NCBI GenBank assembly: GCA_044360245.1 | Contig: JBIKKU010000002.1 | Span: 1-43,894 of the forward strand | Source of the DNA: Flavobacteriales bacterium | Lineage (GTDB): Bacteria > Bacteroidota > Bacteroidia > Flavobacteriales_D > UBA2798 | Direction of reading: 5' to 3' | DNA length: 43,894 nt | Shown: positions 40,126-43,894 of the stretch, piece by piece | Numbering within the stretch: position 1 is the stretch's first letter | How the letters are laid out: each line of letters begins with the position of its first letter | The notes under the pieces: model-generated | What the model saw: the letters and a program-made list of their open reading frames with translations, nothing else | The model's database searches: none | Told to the model about the DNA's origin: nothing | Made by a program: the position numbers and the translations under genes

Positions 40126-41064
40126 ATGAAACAACACCTACACATTTTTTTGACATGCCTGGTTTTTGGAAACGCGATGGTCTCCAATGCTTCAAGCAAA
40201 ATTGATTTTACAACTAAGGATTTAGTTGATCGTTGGATGAAAAAAATTCCTGGAAAAGTGGTTTGCGATAAAGCCTATTGCAACAAACTTGCTCCGGACC
40301 AGAAACTTGATTCCATTAGTATTCCTGAGTTTTATATCATGAAAGGTGAAGTCACCAATGCCATGTACCTGTGGTTTACCGAAGAAATCAGAAAAAGCGG
40401 TGATTCCGATTCCTGGCGGAATGCATTGCCCGATACGTTGGTTTGGCGGGAAAAACTTGCATACAATGAACCTTATGTAGAGTATTATTTCCGCCATCCA
40501 GCGTATGCGAACTATCCGGTTGTTGGAGTGAGCTACAAGCAAGCAGAAACGTTTTGTGCATTTGCTACGAAATGGTACAATCAATTGCCCAAAAGAAAAT
40601 TTAAAAAAGCGCGTTTCGATTTGCCTTCGGAGGCTCAGTGGATTTACGCTGCAGATGCCGGATCATCAAGGAAAATGTTTACCTGGAGCGGTGTGCACAT
40701 GCGTAATGAAGAAGGAAAAATAATGGCAAATTATTACAGTGTTCCGGAACATGCTATGGTAAGAGATACTATAAATGGAAAACCGATTGTTTGCGTGGGC
40801 GCAACTGTAGAAGATCATTACGAGTATTTCCAGGGATATGATATTCTGGCGCCTTCTTTGTCGTATTTCCCAAATGAATTTGGCTTGCACAACATGTGTG
40901 GAAATGCTTCGGAATTTGTAAAAGGACAAAATTTCACCAAAGGTGGATCGTGGAGAGATACAGGATTTTATTTGCGCCTTGCGGTTCGTCAGGCTTACCA
41001 AAAGGAACAATCAGCATCTTCACAGCGCGGGTTCCGCATGATTATGGTAGTGGAGGAAGTGTGA
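40126..41064 (+). CDS. Secreted formylglycine-generating-enzyme (SUMF1/FGE-sulfatase) domain protein
   Basis: Signal peptide. FYIMKGEVTN..Y..F, YPVVGVSYKQAETFC, LPSEAQWIYAA, FGLHNMCGNASEFV, GGSW, RGFRM. Confidence 0.8.
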   Translation: MKQHLHIFLTCLVFGNAMVSNASSKIDFTTKDLVDRWMKKIPGKVVCDKAYCNKLAPDQKLDSISIPEFYIMKGEVTNAMYLWFTEEIRKSGDSDSWRNALPDTLVWREKLAYNEPYVEYYFRHPAYANYPVVGVSYKQAETFCAFATKWYNQLPKRKFKKARFDLPSEAQWIYAADAGSSRKMFTWSGVHMRNEEGKIMANYYSVPEHAMVRDTINGKPIVCVGATVEDHYEYFQGYDILAPSLSYFPNEFGLHNMCGNASEFVKGQNFTKGGSWRDTGFYLRLAVRQAYQKEQSASSQRGFRMIMVVEEV

Positions 41065-41065
41065 T

Positions 41066-42763
41066 TTAAATTCTTAATCCAATCACACACACATCGTCGA
41101 TTTGTTCCAATGCACCTTTCCAGGAATCGAAAGCTTCGTTGATGAGTTTCTCTTGTTTGTAAAGAGGATCACCCCAGGATGATTTGAGCAAGGATTTGAA
41201 CTGCGCGTATTTGAATTTTTTTCCTGAAGGTCCACCAAATTGATCGGCAAATCCGTCGGTAAAAAGGTAAATGCAATCGTTTTTCTGCAATTGCACGGAA
41301 GTCCTGGAATACTTGAAATCTTTGAGTTTGTAACCAATTGCTTTTTTGTCGGGCTTGATTTCCTTTACACCGGATGCATTAACCACATAAAGCGGATTGT
41401 ATACTCCTGCGAATTCCAAAACGAGTTCTTTTTTGAAGATTTTGATCAAGGCCAAATCCATCCCATCGCGCATGGTTTTTTCGGCATTGTGTGAAAAAGA
41501 TTCCTGAACGCCTTCATCGATAAATTCCAGAATAGCCTCGGGAAGGGTTAAGCCTTTTTCATTCACGGCCTGGTTGAGCAGTTTTAAACCAACCACACTC
41601 ATCATCGCGCCGGGAACGCCATGTCCGGTGCAATCTACAACTGCAATGATGTAACTGTCGTTTAATTCGGTAAACCAGAAAAAGTCCCCGGAGACAATGT
41701 CTTTCGGGCGGTACATTAAAAAACTTTCTTTGAAATAATGCGCCAATTGCGAAGGCGAAGGCATCAAGGCCGTTTGGATATTTTTGGCGTATTCAATCGA
41801 ATCCTGTATCTCCCGGTTTTTTTCTTCAATGAGTAATTTTTGCAGGAACAATTCGTCTTTATGTTCTTTCAACGCTTTGTTCATTTGCATCAATTTTTCG
41901 TTGGTGCGACGCGAAGTGATGAATCCGCGGATAATGAAGAACAACAAGGCAATGGCCAATACAAGGATTATCCCAATGGTGATATTGATTCGACGTTGAT
42001 TGGCAATTTCTGCTTCCTGCATCATCAAATCATGATCTTTCATGCTGATGATCTTTGCCTTTTCTTCAATCACGCCTTTAGCCTGATTTAAAGTATCTGC
42101 AGTGTTTTGCAATGCCGCATCCGTTTCTGCCAATTGTTCTTTGGTTTGCGAAACTTGTTGTTGGGATTGGTTGAGCTTTTGTTGCGTTTGTTTGAGTTGT
42201 TGCTGCTGTTTCAATAAATCGGCATTGGCCCGATCGAGGGATTTCTTCCATTCGATTTCAGAAGTGGACTGTCCGTTTTTTAAAGCATCCATGGGTTTCA
42301 AACCTTGGGCGGAAATCAATTCCTCATTGATTTCATAAACTGTTTTTCCATTCAGGGAAATCAAATTGATCATGCAAGAATGAAAAGGATAATTTTCACC
42401 GACAATCAAAACAGGTTTGCCTTTGTAATTGCCCATCAATTTCGACATGTTCACTCCATCAGAACTGTTGGCGTATATTAAATCAGGTTCCGTTCCGCAG
42501 GAGAAAGCGTCGGGGGCAAAATTTACAGTTACTTTTTTTCCTGTAAGCGTTTTGGTGCCGGCTTGTTATTTTACTTCCGTATACAATGCACTATCCGCAA
42601 CAATAACGATGTCGAATTTTTTCCGACTCGCGCGAGGCCATTCCACATATTTACTTTTGGAAAAATGCTCAATGAATTCCGCTCTGGATTTTACATTGGC
42701 ATCCTCTTGTCCGAAAAGGGGAGCAACAATCAGGAGTGTTATGACAAGGAAAAAGAATTTCAT
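41066..42763 (-). pseudogene. YfiR(DUF4154)-like periplasmic domain / coiled coil / TM / PP2C (SpoIIE-type) phosphatase gene, interrupted by one in-frame TAA at 42566-42568
   Basis: ORFs 42566-42784 and 41066-42454 are in the same frame (offset 114 nt). The 37 codons between them are open and continue the same domain. Read through, the product is signal peptide MKFFFLVITLLIVAPLFGQ, a YfiR-like domain, a Q-rich coiled coil, one TM, and PP2C motifs (IVSGDFFW, VDCTGHGVPGA, DGMD, FTDGFADQ, DDVCVIG). Confidence 0.6.
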
Positions 42764-43872
42764 ACTTGAATACCCATGATGCAAATATCATCCAATTGTT
42801 CCAAATCACCTTTCCAGTTTTCAAAAACTTTATCGAGCTCCGATTTCTGTTGCTCGGGAGCTTGACCGGCGATGGTTTGAATGAGTTGTTTAAAGCGTGT
42901 GTATTTGAATTTTTTACCCATGCCCATCTGACCATTGTTCGCATTTCCACCAAACTGATCAGCGTATCCATCGGAAAACACAAAAATATTATCGCCTTTT
43001 TCGAGTGTGATTTTGTGATTGGTAAATGGTTTGATGTCAAATCCGGAGGCATGCCCAACAGGTTGTTTATCCGCAGGAATTTCGATGCATTGCATTTCAC
43101 CGCCTGAGTTTCTTACAATCACCAATGGGTTGTATGCGCCTGCAAATTCAATTTGAGAATAGGATTTATCAATGGCGCAAAGGGCAATATCCATTCCATC
43201 ATTCACACGGGTACCATCACCTTTTTTGTGCAGTACAGCGTTTACATGTTGACTGAGATAGTTCAGGATTTCTGCAGGTTGACGAAGTTTTTCGATGTTC
43301 ACCGCCTGTAATAATCCATTGTGTGCAACGATGCTCATAAATGCACCCGGAACACCATGACCGGTGCAGTCTACAGCGGCAAAGAAATAATGCGATTCGG
43401 TTTCTTCTACCCAATAAAAATCGCCGCTTACAATGTCCTTTGGTTTGTAGAAAACAAAAGATTTCGGAAACAGTTTGCGAATGAAATTATCGGGAGGTAG
43501 AATAGCTTCCTGAATGTGTTTCGCGTAATTGATAGAGTCGCGTATTTCCTTGTTTTGCTGGGCAATTTCAAGGTTACGCAAAGTAAGCAACTGATTCGTT
43601 TTTTTCTTGTTCTGTAAAGCGCTGTAAGCAAAAATCGCAAAACCTAAAATCAACACAGAAATAGCTGCCACAGCATAAAGCACATACGAACGCTTTTTAT
43701 TTTCTTCTTGTTGGGCAAGGATTTTTAAATCATCCATGGTTTTTTGCTGCTGCAAAGAGTCGATTTCTTTTTGTTTGATCTCGACATTGAAACGCGCTTG
43801 CATTTCTTCAATAAGCCGATCACTTTTTTCGCTGTTAGTGGAATCACGATAAGCAACATGGGTGCGCATCAT
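42760..43872 (-). CDS. Membrane-anchored PP2C (SpoIIE-type) serine phosphatase, paralog of the downstream gene
   Basis: Coiled coil, one TM (SYVLYAVAAISVLILGFAIFAY), then IVSGDFYW, VDCTGHGVPGA, DGMD, FSDGYADQ, DDICIMG. Its TGA overlaps the downstream ATG (ATGA at 42760-42763). The N-terminus may be incomplete; see findings. Confidence 0.8.
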   Translation of the reverse strand: MMRTHVAYRDSTNSEKSDRLIEEMQARFNVEIKQKEIDSLQQQKTMDDLKILAQQEENKKRSYVLYAVAAISVLILGFAIFAYSALQNKKKTNQLLTLRNLEIAQQNKEIRDSINYAKHIQEAILPPDNFIRKLFPKSFVFYKPKDIVSGDFYWVEETESHYFFAAVDCTGHGVPGAFMSIVAHNGLLQAVNIEKLRQPAEILNYLSQHVNAVLHKKGDGTRVNDGMDIALCAIDKSYSQIEFAGAYNPLVIVRNSGGEMQCIEIPADKQPVGHASGFDIKPFTNHKITLEKGDNIFVFSDGYADQFGGNANNGQMGMGKKFKYTRFKQLIQTIAGQAPEQQKSELDKVFENWKGDLEQLDDICIMGIQV

Positions 43873-43894
43873 GGTATAAGCTTATTTGTAATTG

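Noticed and set aside
40126-41064. The FGE-domain protein as a diversity-generating retroelement target.
   Set aside because: There is no reverse transcriptase, no template repeat matching the 3' end of the gene, and no adenine-biased duplicate anywhere in the window.
42566-42568. Genome-wide reassignment of TAA as an explanation for the in-frame stop.
   Set aside because: TAA clearly terminates well-conserved genes here at their expected ends (for example atpD at 34341-34343, exbB, exbD and rbfA). The standard code applies.

Overview
This looks like a dense, mostly housekeeping chromosomal segment from a Bacteroidota genome. The evidence is type IX secretion (T9SS) sorting domains, a PorP/SprF gene, an ExbB/ExbD/ExbD arrangement and TAnnTTTG-type -7 boxes. 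I support about 45 protein genes and one tRNA-Ser(GGA).

Gene content, left to right:
- The 3' 5.6 kb of a giant SprB-repeat adhesin with a type B T9SS C-terminal domain, followed by its PorP/SprF partner and a type A T9SS cargo protein.
- hflX with a small cytochrome module.
- A secreted pair of amidohydrolases.
- hemJ, an acyl-CoA thioesterase, a GT9 glycosyltransferase, tatD and ansA.
- tRNA-Ser and an exbB / 4-TM protein / exbD / exbD cluster.
- A CPBP protease, dusB, rbfA, a methyltransferase, a LolE-like permease and an MsbA-like ABC exporter.
- An LRR protein, ribF and atpDC.
- tsaB, a TPR + VWA pair, gdhA and an FGE-domain protein.
- Two tandem paralogous membrane PP2C/SpoIIE phosphatases.

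I see no CRISPR array, transposase, integrase, phage genes or recognisable defence system. I cannot honestly point to a clearly novel multi-gene system. The observations most worth follow-up are:
1. The first PP2C gene is a YfiR-like sensor-phosphatase split by a single in-frame TAA. It is translationally coupled to its paralog.
2. The conserved N-terminus of the LolE-like permease lies upstream of any ATG/GTG/TTG.
3. In the amidohydrolase pair, only one of three amidohydrolase-like modules keeps the HxH metal motif.
4. The ExbB/ExbD cluster has no TonB and carries an extra 4-TM protein.
5. A b-type-like membrane protein and a cytochrome c are coupled to hflX.

Functional calls come from motifs I recognise in the translations, not from database searches. 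Coordinates that I derived myself (tRNA, hairpins, promoter boxes) may be off by 1-2 nt.
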